64,000 bases of DNA. It comes from Carpediemonas membranifera BICM (taxonomy: Eukaryota > Protista > Fornicata). A program made the translations under genes and the position numbers. Under the pieces are notes generated by a model, which had not been told where the DNA came from, ran no database searches, and was given only the letters and a program-made list of their open reading frames with translations. Positions 11,522 to 21,857 of the stretch are shown here, piece by piece. Where the stretch lies: positions 124,001 to 188,000 of the forward strand of contig JAHDYR010000001.1 of NCBI GenBank assembly GCA_019828565.1, given 5' to 3'. The number at the start of each line of letters is the position of its first letter. Within the stretch, counting starts at the first letter, position 1.

Positions 11522-12826
11522 ATGTCCTCCAGGAGCAAACTAGCCTTAAGCACGAAGACAAAGAGCTATGGAATGAGTTCCAAAACGAAAAGTTACGGAT
11601 CCGGTTATACAGCTCGCAGACGAACAGCAGTACGTATTCCATCCGTATACACGGTCGTTCGTGATGAAGCTGATCTTTCTGACGAGGAGGACATTGAATG
11701 GGAGCCGATCTTGCAGAAGATTTCCCAGCAACTGGACAAAGACGGTGCGACTGAGATGGTGGATGAAGAAAAGGAGGAATTCCTACTGATGTGCCGCATG
11801 CGAGGCGGCGACATCCCTCTCCCCGAAGTCACTGTTGTCCGTGAGCCACCTAGGAACCCATTCACGATGCCGCTCGCGTACGTGCGGCGGGTCGAGTCGC
11901 CTCCAGTGGAGTACGATGCCGACACCACCGACATGGCCTTCTTAGAGTCAACCAAGGCTTCCCTTGGGCCTGCAGCAGAGGCAGTGCTCACCGTAGACAT
12001 ATTTGAACACATGATATTTTTATTAGACTCTTATTTCAAGGAACTGGACTTTTTTAATCGGAGAATCACTTTTGACGCAGAAATATTGGCCAAGCTTGGT
12101 GAATGGAAGGACCGGTACGCCCTCAGCGACCTGGACGGCTCCAGGGCGCGGCACTGGATCCATAGAAAGCTGAGAAGCGACCTGACAGCCTCATACGGGC
12201 CTCAAAAGACCATGGATATCCTGAATATGGTGACAGATCCCATATTCAATCACTGGGTCCATCGTAGAGACGACTTGGGCTATCCCTTGGTCCGAGCCCA
12301 TCGCCCAGACGCCCCTGATGACAAGCGGTGCTGCGAGAAGTCCAACGCCGCGCTGTTGGCCAGCCAGGGCCGTGTAGCCATCTTCAGACCCAGCGGGATG
12401 TTCAAGAAGTACTCGGACAAGCAGCCTAAGAAGCTAAGGGAGGCGTTGGACCGGTGTCGTTCCATGCGTGGTCTAGTCAGCCTCATCCAGGACCGTGAGC
12501 GCATCCTCCTTGAGAAGCTGCGGCTGGAGCGGGACGTGTGGGTCAGACAAGTGGGGGGCACGATTTCTAAGGCCTCTAGCGACCTCTACGGCACCCACCG
12601 GCCCGGCCCCAGCGCCGAGAGTGATTTCTGCGGCCTCGACGCTTCAAAGCAGGTCTATGGCAGACTGGACTTCCCCGCGAAGTTTACTAAGGCGTACGGC
12701 GAGTCAACCTCCCTTGTCAGGTCGGGCAGGGGTGGCAGGCTCTTCGTTTATCTCTTTGATGAGAGCGGGGGGTCGGTGGCGGGACGGGTGTTGAGGGACG
12801 CTGGGATGAAGACCGTGCCCATGTAG
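11522..12826 (+). CDS. Enhancer of polycomb-like (EPL1/EPC domain) protein
   Basis: VEYDADTTDMAFL, DIFEHMIFLLD and IFNHWVHRR...YPLVR match the EPL1 domain pattern. ATG start chosen at 11522. Confidence 0.7.
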   Translation: MSSRSKLALSTKTKSYGMSSKTKSYGSGYTARRRTAVRIPSVYTVVRDEADLSDEEDIEWEPILQKISQQLDKDGATEMVDEEKEEFLLMCRMRGGDIPLPEVTVVREPPRNPFTMPLAYVRRVESPPVEYDADTTDMAFLESTKASLGPAAEAVLTVDIFEHMIFLLDSYFKELDFFNRRITFDAEILAKLGEWKDRYALSDLDGSRARHWIHRKLRSDLTASYGPQKTMDILNMVTDPIFNHWVHRRDDLGYPLVRAHRPDAPDDKRCCEKSNAALLASQGRVAIFRPSGMFKKYSDKQPKKLREALDRCRSMRGLVSLIQDRERILLEKLRLERDVWVRQVGGTISKASSDLYGTHRPGPSAESDFCGLDASKQVYGRLDFPAKFTKAYGESTSLVRSGRGGRLFVYLFDESGGSVAGRVLRDAGMKTVPM

Positions 12827-13059
12827 GGCGTGTTAGATAGATCGGACATGCTATTAGCTTAAACGGACCATCGTTTGAGGGGCTTGGAGTGTGCAGTTTG
12901 TGTCGTGTTGTGGTGCGGCGTTGGGCTGGGTATTGTGGGCTTATTGGACCCAGCGCATGACTGTCTTGGAATGGCAGAGGTTGAGGGTGTCTCAATCAAC
13001 TGATTGCTCGATATCGCAGTTTAAGGGACATCGTCTAAAATCTGTTCATTCGCCGTCAA

Positions 13060-15357
13060 ATGCAGGGGATAGACGGTGACTCGCTTGCACAGCTGGGTAA
13101 AAACGCGTGGGAGTACTCCATGGCGTTCATTTCGCACGTCAAGTACGTAACTCTTGACGAAACCGAGCTCGACATCCTAAAGAACAGCAGCAAGCCTATT
13201 GTGGAGAAGCACTACCCCAGTCTTGTCAGCTGGCGGTTTTTTCTCCCTCTCATGCTTCACAAGATCATCAGTGCCCTGAAGCACTTTTTCCTCGACGTCT
13301 TTGTCGCTGTCACGGTGGCCGTGCTTGCCATTGCACTATCCATAGCAGTGGACCTACTCACCACCCTGCATCACAACATCTCGTTCCAGCTGACATATGT
13401 ACAGAGCGGCAAGATCTCGACGCTCTTTTCGCTCATCGCCTATATTAACTATGGCATGCTCCTTTCCTTCTTCGCTGGTGTACTTGTCCAGCTATTTGGC
13501 AAGACTACCATTGGCAACTGCGGCTTTGTGCGCCTCAAGGCTCACATGGCAGGCTTCCGTCACCTGGCGTTCGTCCCCCGAATGTTCTCCATCCCCCGCT
13601 CCACGGCCAGACTCATTGCATGTGCACTGTCGGTCGGAGCGGGCGTCTCCGTTGACAAGGAATCCGTTATTGTCATCACAGGCGTTGCGGTCATGTATAA
13701 TGTCGGCCGTATCCCTCTCTTACGTCGCGCAGTTGACTGGGAGATTTGTTCAGCGATCGGTCTTGTATCAGGATTTACAGCAGCTTTCGGGTCACCCATT
13801 ACCGCGCTCCTCGTCTGCCTTGAAGACATGCCGCGGACGATGAAGTCCGCTAAGGCCATCACTCGCTCAATCCCGGTCGCCGTGTGGACTGTCGCGTGTG
13901 TATATCTACTTAACACCCATATCCGATCGAATCTTTCAGATAGCATATTCCGCGGCTCCCAGAGTGCGGCTATGCCGGTCCTCAGCGCCGTAGCCGAGCA
14001 TTACAACGTCCGAATCCTCCTCACCCTCCCTCTACTCGGTGTAGTACTGGGTTTAGTCGGTCTGACGATGACGTGCACCATGCGTCTGGCCGCATCCCTC
14101 CGTCGTTTCGCCATGGAGCGGTCCTCTGCTTGGTTTACTCTCACAATCATTGGCGGTATCTGTTCGATCGCATACTTCACCCCAACCCTGATGGGCCGGG
14201 CTGACTGGCATTTGATCTCGTCATTATACGAGGCCGGGGTCGTTCACGAGGCTGACGAGCTCTCTGCCAAGGAGCTGGTCGGCATACTCATCTTCAAGGC
14301 CCTATTCACATGCGTCTCTTACGGTGCCCCAAGTGCAGGGGGTCTGCTCGTCCCAGTAGCCGCGGTGGGCGGCGTGGTTGGCTCCTTGTTCGCAGGCGTG
14401 CTCTCGATCCTCCCCTTCTCCTGGGGCACCATCGTCTACTTCCCCAAGAGTGGCGGTGCCAACTACAGTGCTCCTGCCATGATACAGCGCGGGTTCTTTG
14501 CTATGGCAGGCTCGGCTGGCTTGCTCGCGGCCTCTTTCCTCTCACCATACACATCGGCAACCTTAATCTGCGAAATGACTCAATCAATTTCCATGCTTCC
14601 CGCGCTACTCCTCACGACGGCTGTGGCACACTGGACAATGAGCGTCTTCGGCAAGCCCATCCAAGACAGGCTCGATTATGTCATTGACGAGGTTCCCGTG
14701 GCTGTATCTGAACCGCCCGTGATCGCCCAAGAGTTGACTGTTGCCGCAGTCATGTCTGGGCCGGTCAACATGGCGCCTAGATCAGTGACAGCGGCGTCGA
14801 TACCAGAGTTCTTGTACGGTAACTATTTCTCTTTTTTCCCAGTCGAGGGAGACTTGAAGAATGTCCCAATCGCCATGATTAGGAGAGATTCACTCGTTGA
14901 ACTCGAGAAGACTTTGACCGCAGAGGACGGGGAAGAGGCTGACATCACTATCGCGTGTCCCACTGAACCGCTCGTGATTGTCCCAGCTTCTACACCCCTC
15001 AGCGTTGCTTACGACATGATTGACCGCGGAGTGTCAACCCTTTGTGTTTGTGACCCCCTAGACGGCATGAAATGCGTAGGAATAGTCACCCGGCGAGACC
15101 TGACAGCCACACTGACCCTGGAACCCGAGCAGGAGTCCGAGCCCGAAGACATGGTGGAGGTCGACCGGTGTGAGGTACCAGACACACCTGTGGCCCAGCA
15201 CGCCGACTCCACAGCAAGTCTAGATGTCCTTGGAGACAGCATGAGGTCCAACGCTGGTACAGGGAGTCGTCGCAGTCAGCGGGCTCATGGGCGGGGGAAC
15301 GTGGGGTACAGCCGGCTCGTCGACATGCTCGACATGTATCAGGGCGCTGACTTCTGA
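13060..15357 (+). CDS. CLC-family chloride channel/transporter with C-terminal CBS domains (divergent)
   Basis: Many TM helices; GFTAAFGSPI, APSAGGLLVP, ICEMTQ; CBS-like VMS...FFPV and VGIVTRRDL. Confidence 0.85.
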   Translation: MQGIDGDSLAQLGKNAWEYSMAFISHVKYVTLDETELDILKNSSKPIVEKHYPSLVSWRFFLPLMLHKIISALKHFFLDVFVAVTVAVLAIALSIAVDLLTTLHHNISFQLTYVQSGKISTLFSLIAYINYGMLLSFFAGVLVQLFGKTTIGNCGFVRLKAHMAGFRHLAFVPRMFSIPRSTARLIACALSVGAGVSVDKESVIVITGVAVMYNVGRIPLLRRAVDWEICSAIGLVSGFTAAFGSPITALLVCLEDMPRTMKSAKAITRSIPVAVWTVACVYLLNTHIRSNLSDSIFRGSQSAAMPVLSAVAEHYNVRILLTLPLLGVVLGLVGLTMTCTMRLAASLRRFAMERSSAWFTLTIIGGICSIAYFTPTLMGRADWHLISSLYEAGVVHEADELSAKELVGILIFKALFTCVSYGAPSAGGLLVPVAAVGGVVGSLFAGVLSILPFSWGTIVYFPKSGGANYSAPAMIQRGFFAMAGSAGLLAASFLSPYTSATLICEMTQSISMLPALLLTTAVAHWTMSVFGKPIQDRLDYVIDEVPVAVSEPPVIAQELTVAAVMSGPVNMAPRSVTAASIPEFLYGNYFSFFPVEGDLKNVPIAMIRRDSLVELEKTLTAEDGEEADITIACPTEPLVIVPASTPLSVAYDMIDRGVSTLCVCDPLDGMKCVGIVTRRDLTATLTLEPEQESEPEDMVEVDRCEVPDTPVAQHADSTASLDVLGDSMRSNAGTGSRRSQRAHGRGNVGYSRLVDMLDMYQGADF

Positions 15358-15630
15358 GTGAGTCGGAGAGGAGTGTTATATTATCAGCTACGGTATTTAT
15401 ATGAATGATAAATCAGTTTTTGGGGTGGGTCTTTTGAGGTCAGGTGGAGTCACGATGGCAGTGATTGGGAAAACGAAAAGAGGCGGCCAAGGCATACGGT
15501 GGTGGCATTGCCACGACATGACCATGTCGCGTGTCACTGATTTAGTGACCAACGAGCCGTGTCAAGATTTAGCGAAGCCTGCTCTCGATAAATCGGGATC
15601 ACCGACACAGCACTTACAAAAGTATAGCAA

Positions 15631-16101
15631 ATGCAGCAATCTTCCCCTTCTTTCAACTCCGAGCATCGTCATGATCCTTTTGCTCCTTCATTCCCGCTTA
15701 TGAAGGAGAAGCAGCAATCTCCGGTCACGTTTGGTTCGCCGATCCCCCTGCAAAAGAAGAGCGGTCTCGATCTCTTCAAACCTACCCCCAAGCAACAGAA
15801 TATGACTGCTAAGGACATGTTTTCCAAGCCTTCAGCTCCAAAGGAGACAATTTCCTTGTTCAAGAACAGCGTGGTCCCCGAGAAACAAAAACAGTCGACA
15901 TCTCACGACAGCAGCAAGTGCGCTACATGCGGCAAGTCCACTGTACTCGGCTTCACTTGCAAGTGCGGCCACACGTACTGCACAAAGCACCGCATGCCTG
16001 AGCATCACGCGTGCACGTTTGACCATGCCGCCGCTGCTAGGAGTCAGATCGCAAAGGCCAACCCTGTCGTGGCGAAGAGTCAGGTCAGCACCATGTGGTG
16101 A
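15631..16101 (+). CDS. AN1-type zinc finger protein
   Basis: CATCGK...FTCKCGHTYCTKHRMPEHHACTFDH...KANPVV. Confidence 0.9.
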   Translation: MQQSSPSFNSEHRHDPFAPSFPLMKEKQQSPVTFGSPIPLQKKSGLDLFKPTPKQQNMTAKDMFSKPSAPKETISLFKNSVVPEKQKQSTSHDSSKCATCGKSTVLGFTCKCGHTYCTKHRMPEHHACTFDHAAAARSQIAKANPVVAKSQVSTMW

Positions 16102-16278
16102 CGGGTCGACCGGCGCACCCTTTCTTGCAATGGTCGTAGGGTAAACTGGTTATCTGGATTATTATGTCTTGCTTGGTTTGAACACCGCTGCGCGTGCGAA
16201 TCATCGTCCAAACAAGCTCATTCGTCACGTTCTTTGATTTTCCTCAACTTTTTTTCATGCAAAAAGTTAGTGCAAGCA

Positions 16279-16770
16279 ATGTCTGCTGAAGAAGTCGCTG
16301 CTGTCCCCGAGCTCCCCCCTCGCCAGATCTCACGCCACGAGGCCAAGGCCCGTGCCAATTTCGAGAAGGTTCCCGGCCTTGAGAAGATCGAGAACCGCAT
16401 GGTGAAGTTGAAGCGCGCTGGCGCCACGTTCAACATGGCACAGGCTGAGGTGTACTTCCACAAGGCCTCCAAGACCTATATCATCTTCGGTGAGCCCGTC
16501 TTCGAGGATCCCACTCAGCGTTTCGCTCAGCAGGCCGCTGCCGGGCAGGAGGAGGCCAAGGCTGCCGCTGATGCCGCCGCTGCCGGTGAGACCAAGGACA
16601 CCGAGGCCGCTGAGGAGCTCGAGGCCGAGCCCGTTGATGCCACCGGCGTCGACGACAGCGATCTCCAGCTTGTCATGAGCCAAGCTGACTGCACTCGCGA
16701 AGCTGCCATCAAGGCGATTAAGGAGAACAACAATGATGTAGTGGCCGCCATCATGGCGTTGTCAGAGTAA
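16279..16770 (+). CDS. NACA: Nascent polypeptide-associated complex alpha subunit
   Basis: SRHEAKAR, TYIIFGE, and C-terminal UBA DLQLVMSQADCTREAAIKAIKENNNDVVAAIMAL. Confidence 0.9.
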   Translation: MSAEEVAAVPELPPRQISRHEAKARANFEKVPGLEKIENRMVKLKRAGATFNMAQAEVYFHKASKTYIIFGEPVFEDPTQRFAQQAAAGQEEAKAAADAAAAGETKDTEAAEELEAEPVDATGVDDSDLQLVMSQADCTREAAIKAIKENNNDVVAAIMALSE

Positions 16771-16973
16771 ACACGAGGGTGTTTTTTATGAGGTCAAGGC
16801 CGGACATCAGTCAATGATGTTGGCTGGACCTAGACTACCGCTGACGTCAAGGAAAATTCAAAAGTCATGTGGGAATGTTCTGCTATAGTCTGGCAAACCC
16901 ACCTAGCTTCATATAACACTCACGTTGCACCAGATTTTTCTGGGACGTCGTCTCCATTATTGGGCACAGCTTG

Positions 16974-18686
16974 ATGAGCAACGAAGAGTTCCGCTCTAGC
17001 ACCCAAGGCCCAGTTGAAGAGGTGCTGAGTTCTCTAGAGCTCACGGTGAAGGATTTAGAGGCCGCCATCGTCCGCACCGTGAACAGTGCGGAGAAGAGCA
17101 AGCTATACGCCTCCATGAGCTTTGTCCAGGACGCAATGAAGCTACTCGCAGGAAATCTAGACGAGGATGTAACATCTCCCAAGGGAAACCAGCGTCAAGC
17201 TATCACGGCAATGCTTGCACTCCAAACAGCCACAGACCACATCGCGCAGCACCCCAAGCTCATGAATCGGAGCCAGGTGAAGGACATCATGGAGCAGATG
17301 GAAGAGGCGCTTGATTCCCCCACTGATCACTTCACGTTTGAGCAGTGGATCGAGGAAAACAACGACTCTGACGACGAAGTGCAGAGCATGAGCCGCGAAC
17401 TCAACGGACTGAGCCACTCAGTGCTCTGGGCGATCTTCCTCACCGCGGGAATTGACCCTGAGGACATACACACAGCCGAGGAGCTCGAGCAGGGCGTCAT
17501 GTCCGACGGATCCACCCCCGTCCCGGATAAGCTGCTCGCCAACTGGTTCCTGTCGAAGCACATCAACGCCACACTCCCCAGTGCCAAGAAGGAGGGCAAG
17601 AAGTACGACTTCGGCGCCCGGTTCTGGCTGAACGCGGGCCGACTCTTCGGCAAGGGATCGAACTGGTGGGGCCGCACCGGTACGGGTCTGCCCGACATGC
17701 GGGTCGACGCCTTCACCAGGGTAGCCCTGCCACCCACCGTGGAGATGCAGCATGCGGACTACGACTCGCTGTACGCCGTGACCAGGCGGGGGCTGTACGG
17801 GTTCGGGGACAACGCGTTCGGCAAGCTCGGCGTGGGGTCGAAGCAGGAGCACATCAGCGTGCCCATGCGGATCTCCTTCGCGGATGCCCCCGATGTGGCC
17901 CGCTTCGAGGCCCGCATGAAGCCAGGCGAGTACATGAAGGTCCGCGTGAGCGAGGGCATCGACAGCATTTTCATAGAGACCCCCGCCGGCCTGGTTGCCG
18001 CGGGTCAGAACACGGAGGGCCAGCTGGCAGCCGGGTCCGACAGGGACATGGTGCTTTCGTTCAGACAGGTCTACCTGCCGCCCGGATTTATATTCGCCAA
18101 TCTCCAGATCCACGAGTATAATCTAGTAGCCAAGCGACGGGACAAGGTGTATGTGGCGGGGTGGAACTCAGCTGGCCAGCTCGGGCTTGGCCACTGTAAC
18201 CGGGTCAGCGCGCTCACGAGGGCAAGGATCCCTGTGGACGATCTTTGGATACATTTTGACTTTATTTTATGGAAGTCGTGCGGGCTGATTTACTTTACGG
18301 GCAACGCCAAGTACTTTAAGGCCTACCTACCCGGCGGGGAAGACCGATACTCCTTGGCCACGGAGCTCGGCTTCCCCTTCCCGGTGGGCACGTTTGCGAC
18401 TGACGGCCATGCCTCTTTCTTCGCCAATAACTCTATAACTGGCCAGTGGTTTGCCCTCGGGGCCAACGATAAGGCCCAGCTCGGCGTCAAGACGGCGAAG
18501 GCTGAAGTAACAAGGTGGACCAAGATGGTCAATGCCGCGCCCGACGAGGAGGTGACGCTGGGCGGGGGTCTATTTACGATGCCCAAGAGCATGCTGCCCG
18601 GTAACATGCTGAGCTTCAAGTCGAAGATGCCCTCGGGCGAGCCACAGGCACTTGAGTCAATCACGAAGAAGTGGCGGTTTGTGTGA
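16974..18686 (+). CDS. RCC1-like repeat protein (lineage-expanded family)
   Basis: GFGDNAFGKLGVG, AGQNTEGQLA, AGWNSAGQLGLGH, LGANDKAQLG. Confidence 0.8.
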   Translation: MSNEEFRSSTQGPVEEVLSSLELTVKDLEAAIVRTVNSAEKSKLYASMSFVQDAMKLLAGNLDEDVTSPKGNQRQAITAMLALQTATDHIAQHPKLMNRSQVKDIMEQMEEALDSPTDHFTFEQWIEENNDSDDEVQSMSRELNGLSHSVLWAIFLTAGIDPEDIHTAEELEQGVMSDGSTPVPDKLLANWFLSKHINATLPSAKKEGKKYDFGARFWLNAGRLFGKGSNWWGRTGTGLPDMRVDAFTRVALPPTVEMQHADYDSLYAVTRRGLYGFGDNAFGKLGVGSKQEHISVPMRISFADAPDVARFEARMKPGEYMKVRVSEGIDSIFIETPAGLVAAGQNTEGQLAAGSDRDMVLSFRQVYLPPGFIFANLQIHEYNLVAKRRDKVYVAGWNSAGQLGLGHCNRVSALTRARIPVDDLWIHFDFILWKSCGLIYFTGNAKYFKAYLPGGEDRYSLATELGFPFPVGTFATDGHASFFANNSITGQWFALGANDKAQLGVKTAKAEVTRWTKMVNAAPDEEVTLGGGLFTMPKSMLPGNMLSFKSKMPSGEPQALESITKKWRFV

Positions 18687-18961
18687 GACTTGGGCTTGTT
18701 GTTGTGGGTTGTAAATCTAGAACGGACGATGCAATGTTGTAAGTGAGCGGTCTTGCCCAGCGGGCTGAGCACGTTGGTAGATCAACATGGGCTTATGTCC
18801 GGTGATCTCGCGCCAGGGCGGGGCAATACAAGTTGGACAAGCCCGGTACGCCCAAGTCAACGCGAGTCAAGACGCAATATCGGAGTTTCGCTCTGTGGAG
18901 CCATGCTCTTCTTTTTTCTTTCACACAACACCAACCAGCCGTTCAAGCTTCCTACGAACTA

Positions 18962-20032
18962 ATGAAGCTCTTTGTTGCTATTGTGTTGTTTGCACTCTGT
19001 CTACAGATGCTGTTCATAGTTGCGCACGGTGCTGCTCTCTCCTGCGTCAGCGATGACGGCGAAAGAGTCGATTGGTGGACTGGCATCAAGATGCCCAAGA
19101 TCTCGGGCAGTATGGAAGAGTCTTTCCAGGATGGTGAGCGCTACATGTATATTGATGGCGACACCTTCGATTGGGAGCTCTCGGCTTATTTGCTTACGGA
19201 CACGTCTGGTGGTGCAATCCAAAAGACGTTGGATGCCATCGTATACCACCACGAGACGGGCTACGTCATGTACAACGACCAGCCACCGGAGACGTCATCC
19301 GCCTACAGCAACTATGCCCACGCTAAGGGCGTCGTCGCCTGGGACGAGGCGTCTCAGACAGGCGTCTGGCTCGTCCACTCCGTCCCCCGCTTCCCCCACA
19401 AGCGAGAGAACGAGAGCTACAGCTTCCCCGACCCTCAACTCACTTATGGCCAGTCCTTCCTCTGCATGAATCTGAACTGGGATGCACTCTCCACTGTGGG
19501 CAGCGCCCTCCGTCATAACAAGGTCAAGGTCTACGCTAGCTTCCTCCAGGCATCCAACCCCGACAACTTTGCCGCTCTCATTGACAAGGATTACCAGGAA
19601 GACACGCAAGTTCGCGTGGACAAGATCAAGACCCGCGGCGGCAAGGCTATGGACGTATTCTCCAAGTCAGACGACTGGGACGGCGACCTGTACGAGGCGG
19701 GGGTCGCCCCGCACTACGATACCGACCTCATCGCTGAGACGTGGATGAGACCATACCGCGGGTCCTTCTGCAAGGGTGTGAACGCCACTGAAGGCTACAC
19801 TGTCGAGAACGCTGAGTACGTCTACCCACCCTTCGTCGAAGAGTACCACTACACCAAGGATCACTCGAAGCTCGCCTTGACGTCGGCCCCGGGCCAGCTG
19901 CGGGTCTGTGTGGGCGATATCAACAGGAACGAGAGCCAGAGACGGCGCGGAGGAGGGACTGTGTGCTTTAGGGACGCGACGGTGTGGAACGCATTTTACA
20001 GCGTTTACGGGAGCAACCGCCCCCGCTGTTAA
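18962..20032 (+). CDS. DNASE2: Deoxyribonuclease II (secreted/lysosomal)
   Basis: Signal peptide MKLFVAIVLF; VDWW..KMP, YNDQPP, HAKGV, WLVHSVPRFP, YGQSFLC, DHSK, CVGDINR..SQ.RRGGGTVC. Confidence 0.92.
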   Translation: MKLFVAIVLFALCLQMLFIVAHGAALSCVSDDGERVDWWTGIKMPKISGSMEESFQDGERYMYIDGDTFDWELSAYLLTDTSGGAIQKTLDAIVYHHETGYVMYNDQPPETSSAYSNYAHAKGVVAWDEASQTGVWLVHSVPRFPHKRENESYSFPDPQLTYGQSFLCMNLNWDALSTVGSALRHNKVKVYASFLQASNPDNFAALIDKDYQEDTQVRVDKIKTRGGKAMDVFSKSDDWDGDLYEAGVAPHYDTDLIAETWMRPYRGSFCKGVNATEGYTVENAEYVYPPFVEEYHYTKDHSKLALTSAPGQLRVCVGDINRNESQRRRGGGTVCFRDATVWNAFYSVYGSNRPRC

Positions 20033-20180
20033 ATATCTATCAAGTTGTCACTTTTTTATTCAAGCGTGGGAAGTGCTTATAGCACATGTAAGGTAAGTTA
20101 GACCTTACCTGATAGCCCATGCACGCTCTGCTCGACATTTATGTACAATATCGCATGGCTCAACGACGCCAGCCCAAGCC

Positions 20181-21665
20181 TCAGCCCTGGCCTGCCGTCT
20201 GGATCTCCAGCTGCCGCTGCCTGTCACACACGGCCCTCGCTGCCTCCAGGTAAGCAGCCCTGAGTCCGTCGCCGTCCATCTCGCCGTTAGTGGGCACAAC
20301 CAGCGGGACCCAGACGACATGCGAGCCGGGTATGGCAGAGATCAGGATCGGGCGACCTTCTGCGTCCTCGCCGTGGATTATGGGCTCGGTGATCCCGGTA
20401 ACCCTGTAGCGGGCGGACTCCGGCTCTGGCGCGGGCTCGGCCGGGGGTTGGTCTTGCTGCTCCTGGTGCCCCTCCCTTGTCTCCTCCTCCCGTTGCTCTT
20501 GCTCAATATCCCGCTGCATTGTCGCAGCCCTCGGCTGCCCCCCGCTCTCGGCCGACACGTGGGAGAAGTCCGCCCTGCACACGGGACACGCCGCGGACCT
20601 GGCTGCCCACGACCGGAGGCACCCACCGTGCAGGATATGGCCGCACGGGAGTTGGATCGGGGTCGAGTCTCCCATGGCGCCGTGGATGACGGAATCGTAG
20701 CATATGGTGCATGTGGCGTCCTCCAGGGCCTCCGGGGTCGGGGGAGGGAAGGAGGAGAAGAGGCGCATGATGCGGCGGAAGCGACGGAATTCGCTGAACG
20801 AGCGTATGAGGCCAGCCAGGATGGAATAGAGGCGTGGGGCGACGAAGTAGAGGACGAAAGGGGCGCTGAGGTCGATGAAGCCGCACTTATGCATCAAATA
20901 AGGCTGGACAAGTATAACACAAAGCTGCATGAACAGAGAGACTGTCGATGTGAGTAACCCGACCTGCAGGAGGGCCTCGCTCCTCACAGACTTCATCCTC
21001 AGCAGCGTCCAGAGTCCAAGTCGGCATACTGAAAGCATCATTACCACGGCCGACCCGACCGTCTCAATGGCGACGTAGCTGAACATGAGGTCGGCCGAGC
21101 CCATGGTGTTGAATGCGCGGGCTGCAAAGAGGGCAAGGACAATAAAGGTGAAGAGGTTCAAGGCGCAGTGGAGCACGTACTGGGCGTTCGGCCGAGCTGT
21201 GTTGAGGTATAAATCGTTCACTCGACGGACGACGATTGTTTGATAGGCGAAGGTGATGTCTTTGACAATGATGGCTAGAGCTAGGGCGAAAGGCTGTGGC
21301 ATCGTGATATTTCCAAAGATCATGACCGCTTGGTTGTCAACGTAGTATTTCACCAAGGACGGCACGAAATGAGAGTATATCGCTTCAGCACGCTCGGGTG
21401 ACTCGATGGGACCGATGAGAGCCATGGATAGGAGCTCGTAAAAGAACTCAACGATGCCGCCAAGAACTATTGGGATCAGTATGAGGGAGACCTCATCTTC
21501 AGTAACAAGCTCGCGGGCAATCATGAACGGTTGAGGCCCATGGAGCTCTAAAGCCTTAATGGCAGCTATTGCAATGTATCCACAAGCAGAAAGCAGTATT
21601 ACTAACATCCATACGCTTGTACGCCACGATTCCCGCAGCCCGAAGAGCGAAGCTAGAGAGGACAT
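20181..21665 (-). CDS. Multi-pass membrane RING-H2 E3 ligase (HRD1/gp78-like)
   Basis: Several TM helices followed by CTICYD...LPCGHILHGGCLRSW...CPVCR. Confidence 0.8.
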   Translation of the reverse strand: MSSLASLFGLRESWRTSVWMLVILLSACGYIAIAAIKALELHGPQPFMIARELVTEDEVSLILIPIVLGGIVEFFYELLSMALIGPIESPERAEAIYSHFVPSLVKYYVDNQAVMIFGNITMPQPFALALAIIVKDITFAYQTIVVRRVNDLYLNTARPNAQYVLHCALNLFTFIVLALFAARAFNTMGSADLMFSYVAIETVGSAVVMMLSVCRLGLWTLLRMKSVRSEALLQVGLLTSTVSLFMQLCVILVQPYLMHKCGFIDLSAPFVLYFVAPRLYSILAGLIRSFSEFRRFRRIMRLFSSFPPPTPEALEDATCTICYDSVIHGAMGDSTPIQLPCGHILHGGCLRSWAARSAACPVCRADFSHVSAESGGQPRAATMQRDIEQEQREEETREGHQEQQDQPPAEPAPEPESARYRVTGITEPIIHGEDAEGRPILISAIPGSHVVWVPLVVPTNGEMDGDGLRAAYLEAARAVCDRQRQLEIQTAGQG

Positions 21666-21857
21666 GAGACAAAAATGGTTCCGACTTTAAAGTGCACGCC
21701 ACGCCAAGTGTCAGAATGCAGAAATCTGCGCAATCAGACCACATCTACGGCTTGAAGCGGTACTAGACTGCCACCCCGCCACGTAAATTTACATACTGCT
21801 GCATAATTACAACCACTGCTGTGGCGACTCGGCACGAGTCTCAAACCAAGTAAGGCC

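Noticed and set aside
20091-20111. AGGTAAG/CTTACCT hairpin resembling the U1 5' end
   Set aside because: No U1 stem-loops or Sm site follow; it lies between two convergent 3' ends.
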